This document shows, piece by piece, positions 1-13,200 of a DNA stretch of 64,000 nucleotides (positions within the stretch are counted from its first letter, which is position 1; every line of letters starts with the position of its first letter). The stretch is taken from assembly GCA_964106645.2 (NCBI GenBank), contig OZ067050.1, one strand, 5' to 3'. The notes under the pieces are model-generated. The model did not search any database, had not been told where the DNA came from, and saw nothing but the letters and a program-made list of their open reading frames with translations. Origin of the DNA: Podarcis pityusensis. Its lineage: Eukaryota. A program made the translations under genes and the position numbers.

Positions 1-3000
1 AGAAGTGCCATTTGGATTTTCTATCTTGATCCAATCCTGTTTTCATCTTCCTAAATGGAAAAGCTGAGCTGGAATTTAGGATTCGAATTCAGCAAAGTAA
101 CCTGTGCGACATTGTTCAAGTTTTGCTCTTGTCTTCAGTGTGGAAAAATAGAATTGTCATTCCATAGCTGATCTCACCTGGATAAGACTGTGCCCATTAT
201 CTTGACAGGTATCATTAAGGCTAGCTTGCATTCCTCTCTATCTTCCACGTGGACATTTCCACATAGGCATGTTTTCTGGGTGTTGAGCTGCTTGTTATTT
301 TTAGAAGCATAATTTGATTTAAAGAGACATCCTGTATTCCAGAATATTACAGTCCCTTATATGATATAATAAACGGCCTTTATACGAGTTCCAAATTTTA
401 TTTTTCTTTTGGTCTGGAAACGCGAATGATCCAATACGCAAAAAGAACTAGGCAGACATGTGCAGGATTTTCCGGAGTGTTGTGTGTAATATTTTTATAT
501 AATATATGTGTGCTCGTGTTTGCATGTGTGCCGTTCCCTCACCCCGTTTATTCTGTGCTGAAATTTATCATGGATGCTGTTAAAGTCTTCGTTCTTTGAC
601 AGAGGTAATAATAAATACACTGCTAAAGACAGTAGTTTAATTCCTTATACCTTCCAATCCGGCACAGAATAAACTCCATTCATCGCCGAGTAATTTTTTA
701 CCACATAAATCTTTAAAACGAACCGTTGTAGGCTGTTGAGGCTGAAATATTGCAAATTTATTAGTTATGCCCGTGTCATAGTGGATTCGGTGCGTTTCCA
801 TTCGAATATATTATCGGGGAAATTTGTGTCTTTAAATGCGACGTTCCTTCCATTTTCCAAAGGCAGGTTTATAACAAGCAGCTCTTGGTGAAAACCAACT
901 CTGCCTTTATTAGACAAAGATTTAGTTCTAAACACTTTGCTAATCTGCCCACGTTGGTGATGGGGAGAAAGGGGGCGATGCTTCAATGTGGCACCCTATT
1001 TAAAATTGGCAGAGGAAAGCTTTTCCTCTTAACATTACTAATTATTGAAGGATGCTGGTTATTTCTTAGGAAGATGAAAGGAGGCAAACATTTCTGTTTA
1101 GGTTGCAGAGTTCAAAAATAGGAACCGCAAAAGGTTCTGTCAGCACAATATTTAGCTCGAACAACATCACAACTTCTTCCTTCCTTCCGACTTCGCAATG
1201 ATTTGGAGAAAAGGAATTTTTGTAAATCCAATTATTGTCCGTAAAAAAGAAAAGAAAAAAAGAACCCATCAAATTCTTTAGAACTTCCTTTACTGTGCCA
1301 GAGCTTGGTGAGAAGGCAACTACACATTTGCAAAAAACTTGTTAGGCTTTAAAAATTTTATTTTTATTTTTTATCTCCTGGAGCTTCGGAATATAAATAT
1401 GCATTGTCATTTAATTTGGCTGTGATAAAGAATTAAAAAAAAGAAAGAAAAAACAACAGTGGAAATCTCTCAGTTCGTTTAGAGAGCAGGAGATAATTAT
1501 AAAACCATTTCCCAATCCGTGCGAGACGTGAGTAACATTTAAAAACCCGATTGATGTTGGTAACATTTAAAGTGGTTGGTGCCACGAAATGTCACATACA
1601 GTCTGGCTTTTCATTAGAGGAGAAGCAGATAGATTGATGGGATCGGGGCTTACATTTCTGGGAATAAAATAAGTTTGCTTTAGCCCCATAACTCCTTTCA
1701 AGTTTACTGATGTGGTCAAAGGGGGGGGGGCTGGAAGGGGCAGCAGAGACTGGGGAAAGTGCTCTTGCTTCATTTGTGGAGATCAAAAATGAAATGGTAT
1801 GAACTTCCAGAGCCTGCTATTGTACCAGAGTACTAACGAATCAACAGTTTTGGTTTTTTTATTAAAAAAAATTAAATTAAATTAAAAGCAGGCTATTAAA
1901 TGCTACACAAAAGAGGCAAAATCCCACAGCCATGAGAACTATCATTCATAAGGAGCCGGGTTTGAAAGATAAGAGTCACACACACAATTAATATTCGAGC
2001 ATTTCCCATCAAAGGAATTCTTTCTGCTATCAGAGAAACCTCAGAAGAGGGAGTGCTATAGACTTGTGTAACGGTGGCCCATCTTTTTCTTTTCTTCCTT
2101 TCTTTGCCTTTTCTTTTTTCTTTTTCTTTTTCCACGCCTGCTCCATCTGTAAATGAACAAGCATCTTGATTTTATGGCTCTTTTCTTTGTTAAACTGAGA
2201 AATGGAGGGTGAGGAGCAAAAAGAAAAAGAAAGAAAGACATGAGCAGACAAAACAAAACAAAAAAAGACCCCAAAAGATGATGATATTGAAAGCCTAAGT
2301 AACACTTTAATTCCACATTCATTTACGCTTTAGCGATGAAGTTGTCACAAGCCATAATGCAGTATTTAATTAAAGTAGCGTGAACGGATCTAGATATGTC
2401 CTGCGGTTGCTATCTCCAAATTATAGCTTATGCCGTCCCGGTTGTATTTATGAAACGGCAGTTTCGAAGGTGCAGCTGAGCTGATACAGAAAGTAAACAT
2501 TTAAACCATAGCTGTCAAAAAGAAAAGAAAAGGTGATGCTTTTCTTTTCTTTTCCCCTTGCTCTGTTTCCTCCCTCCACTCCCCAAATTCTCCTTCAGTT
2601 CTCCCTTGTGCAGCAGAAGCATCTTGATTTTCACAAGGGAGAAGCTGTGGGGAATTTCTCTTTCCTTCATTTGACCTACAGAATCCTGGGAAATGGGGTA
2701 ATACTACTACCCGTTCTTGCCGTGGAAAGTTTTGTCACACACCTAAGCGTAAGAAAATAGCATCTCAGGGTACCTCCAAATGACAGGATCTCATGCACAG
2801 CTGAACAGGCAGGAAATGCCCTAGAGAAAGGCAAATAACGTCCTCCCAGAGACGCACCTTCCCCTGCACTCATCATGGTGAACCAGCCATGTGAATGGCA
2901 CTGTCCCCGTGGTCCCCATCAGACGTGTGGACTGGTGGGGACAAGCACCAGTGGAAGCATCCCACATGTCTGAGCCTCAGGGATCAAAAGCACTGAGTCG

Positions 3001-3567
3001 CTGCACCTGCTCCCCAAAATTAGGACCATCTGGATTTCTCTAAGGCTCTATTTGTAGCTGAATGAGAGAAAAGCAGGCTTCTTAGAGCTGTTTCTTACTG
3101 TACCCAAGTGCAGGTGTCTCTGCTCAAACTTCCTGTTGCCAGAAAAAACCCCAAACCCACCCCACCTACATTTTGGCCTGCAAGGTTCAGGTCATTTCCA
3201 ATAGAACATCTGTAGAGGAATACTTGTGGTAGAAGTCACTAGAGCAATATGGAGAAATCTGTATGAGGCTCACCAGAAAGGTTCAGTGAGGGAGATACTC
3301 AGATTTTGACATTGATGCCTTCTCTAGGGTGTTGGAGATGGGATAGATGGCTTTGCCCTGGGCTGGGGTTGCAAACTGTCAGGGCAGTGAACCTCACCAC
3401 TCTTGTGTTCTTCTGCAGGATACTCAACAACACCTGGGAAAAGTCAAGGGCTCACTAAGATATAAACATGCCCCCTACCGTACAAGAACTTGTGCTAAAA
3501 ACAGGGGCATGATGAGCAACTATTTCCATAATGGGGAATCTCAAATGTAAGATCACATGTGGTTCCT

Positions 3568-3655
3568 AGAATCATAGAATCATAGAATCATAGAGTTGGA
3601 AGAGACCACAAGGGCCATCGAGTCCAACCCCCTGCTAAGCAGGAAACACCATCAG
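3568..3655 (-). mobile_element. CR1 LINE 3' end fragment
   Basis: (TAGAATCA)n repeat followed by gagttggaagagacc...gtccaacccc, the reverse complement of the CR1 terminal octamer and 3' end. Confidence 0.85.
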
Positions 3656-5696
3656 GTTCCTGTCCCCTGTTACATCATTGCCACTATTTTTGTCTTTCTT
3701 TTTTTGTCCTTGGGGGATGCTTTGTTGAATTGTGTTATTATGAGTTGGTAGATTTGTCCTTCTTCACAATTCAACTTCTCACCCATTTCTCTGGAATTAA
3801 ATCTCTGAAGGTATGGGGGTGGAGCATACACATCTTTGCTTCTGGTGCACATGCATGAATGTGAAGCCACGGTGCAGTGCACATCTTGCTATATCACACT
3901 CGCCGCAGCAGCTGCCGTGTGGTTTGAGCTACTGATAACCTGTTGTAGGGCAATTCTGTTTTTTCAGGGTGCTTCCACACTAGCTACTTGCTATGGAATA
4001 GCTATGCTCCGTTCACTCACTTTGTCTGGGGTGTCAGTATAATGTCAGCGTCCAGTTGTTGTTCTCTTCTATTTTCGCCATGCTGCTTCTTTCTGCAGAT
4101 TGCAGAAAAATTGACTTGAAAAGAAAAAGAATGCAACAGTAACGCAGTCTCCAGGTGTAGATCGCCTTAGCGCTTACTCTTCCATCTTTTCAAGAGGTGC
4201 TGTTTTAACGTGTGCAGTGACATGCTGAGTGGGAGAGCCTACTGCCACACATCAATTTCTGTACAATTTAGCTATTATCTTTTCTGGCAGCACCATTTTA
4301 TCAGCATGTGTTTGGTTTCTTTAACTGAGCTCTTAAATTGCAATAAAATGCCTTTTTGCCTACATATAAATAAATAACCAAACGCTGAAATATTTGTACA
4401 ATAGCGCTTAAATAAAAAGGGGGGTTTAGCACAATTAAAATTTTGCTGTGGAAAATCTCACACTATCTATCCTGGTCTTTTCAGTTGCTGTTATTTTACC
4501 AATGTGGTCTCTGTTCCCCCATTCTTACAATTTAGCCTAAACACTTTCAAGTATTTTAAACAAGTTATTGATTTTTAAATTTTATTTCAAAGTCCTTTAG
4601 AGCAAATTAAAAACAATAGGGGGAAAATTATTAATGAAATTACATGCTCAGATGAATGGCTTCTTTTCTGCCCCAGTTGTTATCCACTAGTGTGGATGGA
4701 AGATAGTGTGATGGATGCACACAAAAGGGCTACTCTCACCCCACAAGTGTGGAAAGTCCACTGCAATTCTACAGTGAAAAAGCAGTGATTGGGTAGTGAT
4801 AGAGGCTGCCAATCTGGAAGCACCTTTTTGCTTCTTAGCCTTCTTAACCTAAACAACAGGCATCATGCTGGCTTTTGAAATGGTGGACAGCAGGCTATTG
4901 CTGAGTAATTGAATGCAGTGTAACAATGGCAGAAAAGAGCATTAATGTGTAATAATAAGCAGGGAAAGGAGAACATGGGCAATAACTATTGGTATGAAAA
5001 TCGGGCTGATACAAGCATATAAAATAGAAAATATTGAAGGATATGGGGCCATGGCTCTTCCTTCTCCTCCCCCCTACCAGCTCTAATACCTTTATTACTA
5101 CTTGTCTTGGTGGGAGAGCCCAGGTTCCCCCCACCAACTTACTACAGAGTAAATATCAATTCACACTGTTTTCTATATAGTGGCTACCACAAGCTAAGTT
5201 CCATACGAGTTCGGTATGGTATCTGCATTCATTGATAATGCAGATTGCATCTTGCCATGTTGATATTCAGGTATTCAGGTATTCAGAATGTTGACATTCA
5301 GATATTCAGGAACAAACACAGAAATAACTTAGAATCCTACTCCGTGGTGACTTTAACCACATTGTGAGAAGGAAGACAGTCACCTCCAACCTTGCTGTTA
5401 AAAGCCCAGCATTATCCCAGCTCGCTTTTCCAGAATTCTCACACCCTGACTGGATTATGGTGATATCAGTGCATGGTAATTTCTCCATAGCTGGAGCTGT
5501 AGATGCAACAGAATGAAGATTGTTGAGATCTGAACTGAAAGAATGGACTGTACCATTTCAGGCTTCATGGGGGGAAATCTGAATGCTCCCCTATGTAAAA
5601 CAAAAACTACAAAATACCTCCAAACAATGTCTCTGATATGCTAGTTTTCTACTTGTGGCATTGTTTTTAATGTGCTGAAACATTTGAAAAAAGGCA

Positions 5697-5845
5697 GAAG
5701 GCTTGCAACTTAGTGGTAGAGCATGTGTTTTGCATTCAGAAGGTCCCTGCTTCAACCTCCAGCATCTCTGAGTAGGGCTAAAAGAGTCCTCTGTCTAAAA
5801 CCCTGGAAAGGATGGCTTAGTGTAAGGCAGCTTCCTATTTCCTAC
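5697..5845 (+). mobile_element. tRNA-derived SINE (POM/Squam2-like), degraded
   Basis: agtggtagagc A-box, ttcaa B-box-like, ...aaaccctggaaag...taaggcagcttcctat tail. Related copies near 32025, 48290, 49680, 50860. Confidence 0.65.
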
Positions 5846-6631
5846 ATCTTTATATTCCAGGACTTAACCACCTCAGGCTTCTGTATGTGTATTTATTTTT
5901 ATTTGTTGGTATATTTTTATACCATTTTTCAAACAGATCTTCTTCAAAAGCAGCTCACATCTACCAAAAAGATGAGACAAAGGCCCTTCCCTCAAGGCTT
6001 ACAAACTAAATGAGTAAATTCAGTCGGGCCCACATAGCAAGCTTTTAGATGACTATTGCCTGAATCCATCGCCCACATGTCACAGCTGAAACTTCTTCTC
6101 AGATATTTTCCAGATTGTTACAGGTTGCAATATTCACAGCAGTAGGAATAGGGAAGTGTGGAAGAGTACTGGCAAAACATTATGAAGTTCCAGAAGAGAA
6201 GCGTTCTTTTGCATTCGTTCTGAACGTTTTCACCTTCGAGAGTTTGAGCCTTTTGAGCAGCATTTGTCAGAGGTGATGATTATTAATATGAGACTGGATG
6301 CAGGTAGGACTGGCTAGAGTCAGTTGGATGCCTGCATGGAAAACTCAAATGGTACCCCTACTCAGCACACATTGACATGGAGCACAATCCATGGGGAAGT
6401 TCTCCAGCGCAAGCCTCATTGAAATGGATGGGAACAGTGAGAGAGCAGCACAGGACAGCTTTCCTTTATATATTGTGGCTCATGGAGTAGATCTATTTAC
6501 TTGGCCTCAATAGCATTCAACTATCCCCTAGTTCAACTAGTTTTTGGAGAGAAGACACAGTGGAATATTCACCAGCAGTGTGAGCCAAGCTTTCAATGAC
6601 GAATGTACTGTCCAGCAAGATAAAACACTAG

Positions 6632-6745
6632 GGGTGGCATTCAACTATATTTTACTCAGAACAGACCCACTAAACTCAGTGGGACAAGTTGGGTCCATTA
6701 ATTACAATGTTTCTACACTGAGTAAAACTGAGTTGAATACAGCCT
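6632..6745. mobile_element. Old palindromic MITE-like repeat
   Basis: attcaacta..ttttactcag ... ctgagtaaaac..agttgaat inverted arms; related copy near 58430-58530. Confidence 0.55.
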
Positions 6746-9700
6746 TGGGTCACCTACCTATTTTTCACCTTTCTCTCATACTTCAGGTGGGCTTACTGCT
6801 TTACTTTTATAAAGCACATATATATTTATTTTCCTCACAAAAGATGTATTGGCAACATCGCAGGCTTTACCCAATTTACACCATTCATTCATTCATGCCT
6901 TTTTCTGAAAGCAGACCTCCCCCAGCCCCACAAGCTCAACCTTGGAGATATATTTGTACTGAACAAAATGAGGATGTTTCCAAACTCCATTGCCCTACAA
7001 ATCTATCTTCTTCTCCCATAGGAAGACCATTTCTAAATGTAGAAGATAATGCAATTATAGATTCCAGCCAATGTAGAATTACAGAAAGCAGTAAAATACT
7101 TGGGTGAAGTCTGGGTTTGAATTTCATTGTGGCTTCTGACATTATTTTTCACCATCCCAGGACTTGTGCTGGACTTGGGTCATGCTAGCTGCTGAAAGCA
7201 TAAGCTTCTAAACACAGAGCTTACATGGTGGAGCAATTATGTGAAGCTTGTCAATGTGTCTGTAACTCGGGTGGGCTGCTAAGCGTAGTGGCTAAGTGTG
7301 TGAGCTGCAAACTGGAAGCCGTAGTGGTCTTTAGCAGCACATTCTTTTTCAATATGTATTTATATGTTACTGAATGAACTTAGTACTGTTCCAAAGAGGC
7401 TTGTGCCACTGTATTCATTTTCACTATAACCTACAAGCATAGCTACCCAGGTAGATGTTGATGCAGCATGTTCATCTCAAAGAAAATGCTTCCCAGTGGT
7501 TAGTCACATTTCATGCTAAATTAGTAATGTACAGAAACTCCAATTGCATGGACCTGCCAGGTCTCATGGTGACTTCCTATGCCAATGTCAGTGGCTCTGA
7601 GGATAGTTCAGTGCAGGGATGAGACATGACCACAGGATCTGGGCCATCCATACTTTTGGGGCTTCTCATGTGATATAAAGCTTGACCACCTGGAAGCTAT
7701 TCCTTAGCAGTTCTCACACCATATTGACAACAATCTCTTATCTATAATATGGAAATAATACTGACCTAGGTGATGGGACTGTTGTCAGGATAACTGAGAC
7801 TAGTTCCTAGACATCGCATCAGAATGAAATGGGGCACATTTTTTTAATATTCCCCTCCAAACACATGCATACACAAGCACATACATATATATACACACAA
7901 CACACTACAAGTAGGAAAAGAGTCTAGCAGGTGGCTTAGGTGAGAATCTTTCTCCTTTGGGAGCAAACATTCAATAAGAATTTATGAAGAGTCCTGCTGG
8001 ATCAGGCTAAAGGACCATCTTACCCGGCATTTTGTTCCTATAGATGTCTATGAGAAGCCCACCAGGAGGACATGAGCGCAGTAGCACATTTGCAAATGGC
8101 ATATACCATCTCATTCTGTTGCATGTGTAGACCAGGACTGAGATCATGTGCCATACACAATGTGCTTTAAACAGTTAGGGGAAGCACCCATAGAAATCCA
8201 CTGTTTTGTTTTCATTATACATATCAGCTTTTTGGCATACTTCTTCCGCTGTTTGATGCAGGGTGCAAAAACCTGGTGCGTGCAGATCTCTGCAAGTGAC
8301 CTTAGCCATCACAAAGCAAGCTCCACACATGGCACTTCTAACTAGCTTGGGATTCAGCATTTACTGCAGGTGCCAGGATGGATTTGGATCTTGAGAACAG
8401 GCTTCATTCACAGTCTCAAAGTTAATATTCGTAAGGCTGGTGCAGATGACATTTTTAAGATGCATGCCTGACCTTAATATGGATATGAGCAAGTGTGGAA
8501 GAGAATCTGTGTTGATGAAGAGTGGTGTATCAGCCCACCCACTCATGAAGAAAAGCTTAAATAATTGGGGCCTTTAAGCATGCAAAGAACAGCGGAGGGA
8601 GGGCATGACATAAGCTCACAAAATCATGAACCGCTTGATTTCATGGAAAGTAAATGGCCTTTTAAAATAATCAGAACACATTCTTAGTAAACAGATAAGA
8701 TGAATCAGCTCAAAGTCCAGCTTGCTGTTCCCACAGTGGCCAGCCAGATGCCTATGAGAAGATCTAACAATGGCTAGTAGCTGTGCTAGCTTGAAAGAGA
8801 GCCTCCTTGTTCAAAGATGCTATATCACTGTCTACCAGATGCCAGGGCCAAACAGAACGGCTCTCTCCATTGTGCCCTGCTTGGGGATTTTCCAGGGGCC
8901 TCTAATGCAACTTTTAGAGAGGGTGCTGGACTAAGGCTACAATCCTATGAATACTTACCTAGGATGTGAGTAAACTCCATTGAACACAAGCAAGGTTGTG
9001 CTGCAAATGGACCAAAGTAAAGCCATTCTTATTTCTTTAAACCAGCCACTGCTCCTTGGTAAAAACTAGTGCATGCGATGACTCGTTTTCCGCTTTCCAT
9101 CACCCTTTCTATTGCAGAATTGGTCATTACAGGTTGCTGAGGGCGGGGAGGGCGGAAGAATTTCTCCGCACAGTCATCTAAGGGAATGAAAAAAAAAACC
9201 CACTAGAATAATTGGAGTGACCTTTTTAAGAGAAGTGGCCCTCCAGGGGGGTTCCAGTCAAGAGATATTTTGATAATTCTAATCATCTAATCAGCACTTG
9301 TTTCTTTTAATCTCTCCCCCCCCCCTTCTTACTTTTCCTCTTTCCTCTGGATTGTTCTTCCAGCCAGGGGAATCTGAAATAAATTGACTCCTTTACGTAA
9401 TTATTCCAAACCCCTTCACAGGTCACTTCCAAAGTTTAACTCTGATGGCTGCTCATTTTCATCAGATGCGAGCGGCTCAAGACGTTAACGCTGAAAATAA
9501 TTGGCTGCTGAACAAATTTAGGAAATTGAGTGTGTGATAAAGCAAATAGAAATGTTTCCTTTATCTCCCCCACCCCCTTTTCCCCTTCTATCGTTTCCTC
9601 TCTGGCATGGGGGTGGGGGTGAATGGAAGGTGGACCTGCTCCCTTTTGCCGCCCTCACAGATCTGCTATTAAAGTTCCACCTACGGCTAAAGAAGTTTTT

Positions 9701-10132
9701 GTCCGTGAAAAATGGTCATTTTGTTCTCCATCCCCACCCCCCACCCCAATCCTTGCTGGATAGAATGTTATTAAAATGCTAATTTAAAAGGAAAAAAAGA
9801 GTTAAATATCTAGCAATGGTGAAGTCTAATTGGACCCATAATGAGTTTACTAAATGTGAGCGCCCCTGACACTCGCGGAGCATAAACAGCCAGCAAACAG
9901 ATCATTAGCAACGGCGTTCATTTATTTTGGCGACCTTAAGATGACCCCGCCGAGGGTAGGGTAAAAGAGCAGGTGGATCCGGCTGTGACACCCCCCTGGG
10001 GGGGTATCCAGGAAATGAAGCTATAAGCAGCTGCTATAGCAACACCTCTGTTGAACAGATGATGTAACGAACAGCACCGGCCTGAAAATCTTGGCAAACC
10101 AGAATGCGTCCAGCTCCCCTCCTCCTTCCCTC

Positions 10133-10133
10133 A

Positions 10134-10188
<55 letters not shown>
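10133..10188. repeat. Compound (CA)n(GA)n microsatellite
   Basis: Direct reading. Confidence 0.95.
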
Positions 10189-10191
<3 letters not shown>

Positions 10192-12948
10192 GAACAGGGT
10201 TTGCTGAAACAATCACAGCTCTTACCATGATTCATTCATTCCTTTTGAAGGTATACAATGTACCTTTTTTGACCCCATTGGATTTCAAAATGAGGGATCA
10301 AAAGCTCTCAAAGTGCATTTACCCCAGCATGCTCCCCCCCCCCCCGGGACCTCACCACCACCCCAAAAGCAGGAAAGCTAGTTGTCTTAGCCTGTATCTA
10401 CCGAGATCAGGCAGCTGCCTGGGGTTCTCATGGATATTTGAACGTATCTTCAAGAAGAGACTCGGGCAGGGCACAATTCCGAATCCGAATCCTTGCTGCC
10501 CTGCAGGTGTGCAGGAGGGCAGTGGGGACTGGATTAAAGCTTGCAGGAGGGAGGGATAGGTGCAGAAAGCTTTAGCTCAAGGTGAGGAAAGCCTCGTGCC
10601 CACACAAACCCGGGAGCAGCACTGCCATTAATAAAAGCTGTACTGCTCATAGTACCCCCACAATTCTCCACCTGAACCCCATGAATGGCAAGGCAGGGAT
10701 GGTTAAGTGTATGAATGTATGTGTATGAATGAGAGAGAGAGAAACACATAAATTCAACAAGGAAATCGTGCATCTGATCCTCCATGTCAAGTACAGATAG
10801 TTAAATAAGGAATACAATGCATTGCACAGACAATGTGACATAAATTAGCAATTGTTTTGTGGGACGTTGTGGGTCTTGGTGTGGGATTGGGGAGTCCTAA
10901 TCTTTGGAGTTTGTAGGAGTGTCTATTCTATGGGGCGTTGAGAACCTCAGGATGGTCACTCTATACAGCAGGAATGTTCCAGGGAAATGAGTACTTCCTA
11001 ACAAATGTGCACTTCCCTAAAAGAAGAGGGTAGCCACGTCTTCCAGTTTTTAATAGTCTGTACAGTGTTTCTCAGCAGCCATCAGATATAGGTGTGGGCA
11101 AAATCCAGCTGAAAGCGAGCACCTAGTAAAAATAGGAAGATTGCAAAGGACAAGTTAAATTTTATGTTCAAATCAAGGGCATCCTGGACACCACAGGAGT
11201 TTTGAGGTGCATGGCTGCTCATAGATTCATATATTGTCTAATTCTGGGTTGCTGTGCACATACTTTTTGATCAGCTCTGACACAGATATTGGTAGAAACT
11301 GAATGTGCAGACAACTTCAAGCAATGAGAAACTGTCCAATTTGAACTTGAGCTTAGAAAAATTGATTCCAACCAAGCAAGACTTATAAAGACAGCAGACA
11401 GCATCTCGTGGATGAAATCTGGATTTCAGGATGTCAAAACTATTTAGCGTCTCACCACAGAAGCAAAAATGCAAATCCAAATTTTATAATCTGGGAAGCT
11501 GAAATTTGGACAAGCGCTCTCTCTATATATACATTCATTCCCATCAGTAAAACTTTCAGCTAAATACTACACCAAATTCACCAAAGCCTGTGCAACGTCT
11601 GACAGTAATGAAAGTTGGGCAAAAAATTAGTAAGGTTTATTTTAGCAGTACATTCCAAAGGTGTGCTTTTATTGATATATTATACAATACTACTTCCAAA
11701 GCTATAATTTAATATAATATTATTATGTCTACACTTTATATGTTGCAATATTCTCTGCTTCTAAAGGTTAGGTGAGGGCAGTTATATATAGAAATTTATT
11801 ATTTTTATTATCACTTGGGGTCTACATTTCCTCCAAGGAGTTCAGAGTAGCGTAGGAAGGAATCCCACATGGTCTTCCACCTAGTTACTGTCCAGGCCCA
11901 GATCCGTGTGGCTTGAGAGTTGGGGCTTTATTGGATTTGACCATTCCCTTGGTCTAGAAATAAATATGCATGCACTGAAAGCAAGACAAATAAAACTTAC
12001 TGCTTTTCCACTCTTGTTAGGAGACTGGATAACTTCCACAAGATTGGTCCATTAAAAATTCCCACTCAAGAGTTCACATCCTCGCAATGGACTAAAAATA
12101 TACTGGCCTGCACCCTAAAAGAGTGTTCTGTCTATTCTGTGAATTTCAGCATGATTTCTGAAAGTCATCTTGATTTTTTCCTGCATATGCCAAAGAGATA
12201 CACAGGAGGTGCCCACATTGTACATACGTGTTCTCTGCTTTTTTCCATGACCATACTCATGTCTCTGAAAGGTGGAGGAAATCCATCTTTTTACTGAAGT
12301 TTGTTACTGGGTTGTAGGAAATGCCGTTCAGTATATTTCCAGTCCATATCAATTTAGTATGTCAATACATAACTATTCTGCATCAATCAGCTGGGTTTTT
12401 TAATGCATGAAAATTGCATTATTTTAAACACATTTTTGTATGTGTTTTACTGCATAATGTATATTATTGTGTGTATTCTACCCTAACACATGCATTTTTG
12501 TACAAACTTTTAACTGCAACATACATTTTTCTATATGCATTGTGTTAGGGGGTTTTTTGAGCCAAAAACTACCTTACAAAATTCGGAGAAGTGCCGAAAC
12601 TGAAGGATAGCTGCATTCTGATCTGTGTTTTATTCTGGAGAGCACTCCCATCTGGTGTGTTGTATAAACACACAAAGAAATCCTAATCAGATGAGAAGCT
12701 CTATATACTCCTGATGTGGCATGGGAGCAACCAAAGAGGTGGCAGCAACCAGGACCATCTAAGTGGCATGCGCAGCAGATCTAAGGTGACACACCAACCA
12801 GCTGCTTTTGTACTTTAGTAACCCAGTTCATGGAAGTATGGAATAGCAGGTGACTGTGGATGTTCTACTGGATCTGAGGTTGAAAAGTAGACAGTGTGCA
12901 AGCTCTGAGCCTCACTGTAAAATGATGCATGAGATCACACATGCATTA

Positions 12949-13200
12949 CAGTGGTACCTTGGTTTAAGAACAGCTTAGTTTATAAACAACTTGGATTAAG
13001 AACGCTGCAAACCCAGAAGTAGGTGTTTTGGTTTGTGAACTTTGCCTTGGAATAAGAACATGTTTCATTTCCTGTTGAGTGTGTTCCATTTGTAAGTTGA
13101 GTCCCCCGCTGCTATGGGAAAGCACACCTTGGTTTAAGAACACTTTGGCTTAAGAACAGACTTCTGGAACGGATTAAGTTCGTAAACCAAGGTACCGCTG
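12949..13200. mobile_element. Tc1/pogo(Tigger)-type MITE
   Basis: TIRs CAGTGGTACCTTGGTTTA / TAAACCAAGGTACCGCTG with TA on both sides. Confidence 0.9.

Noticed and set aside
6544-7107. 187-aa ORF
   Set aside because: Starts at TTG, runs through a palindromic repeat, and shows no recognisable domain or exon signals
9419-9440. Possible retinoic acid response element (AGGTCA half-site)
   Set aside because: No second half-site at DR1, DR2 or DR5 spacing
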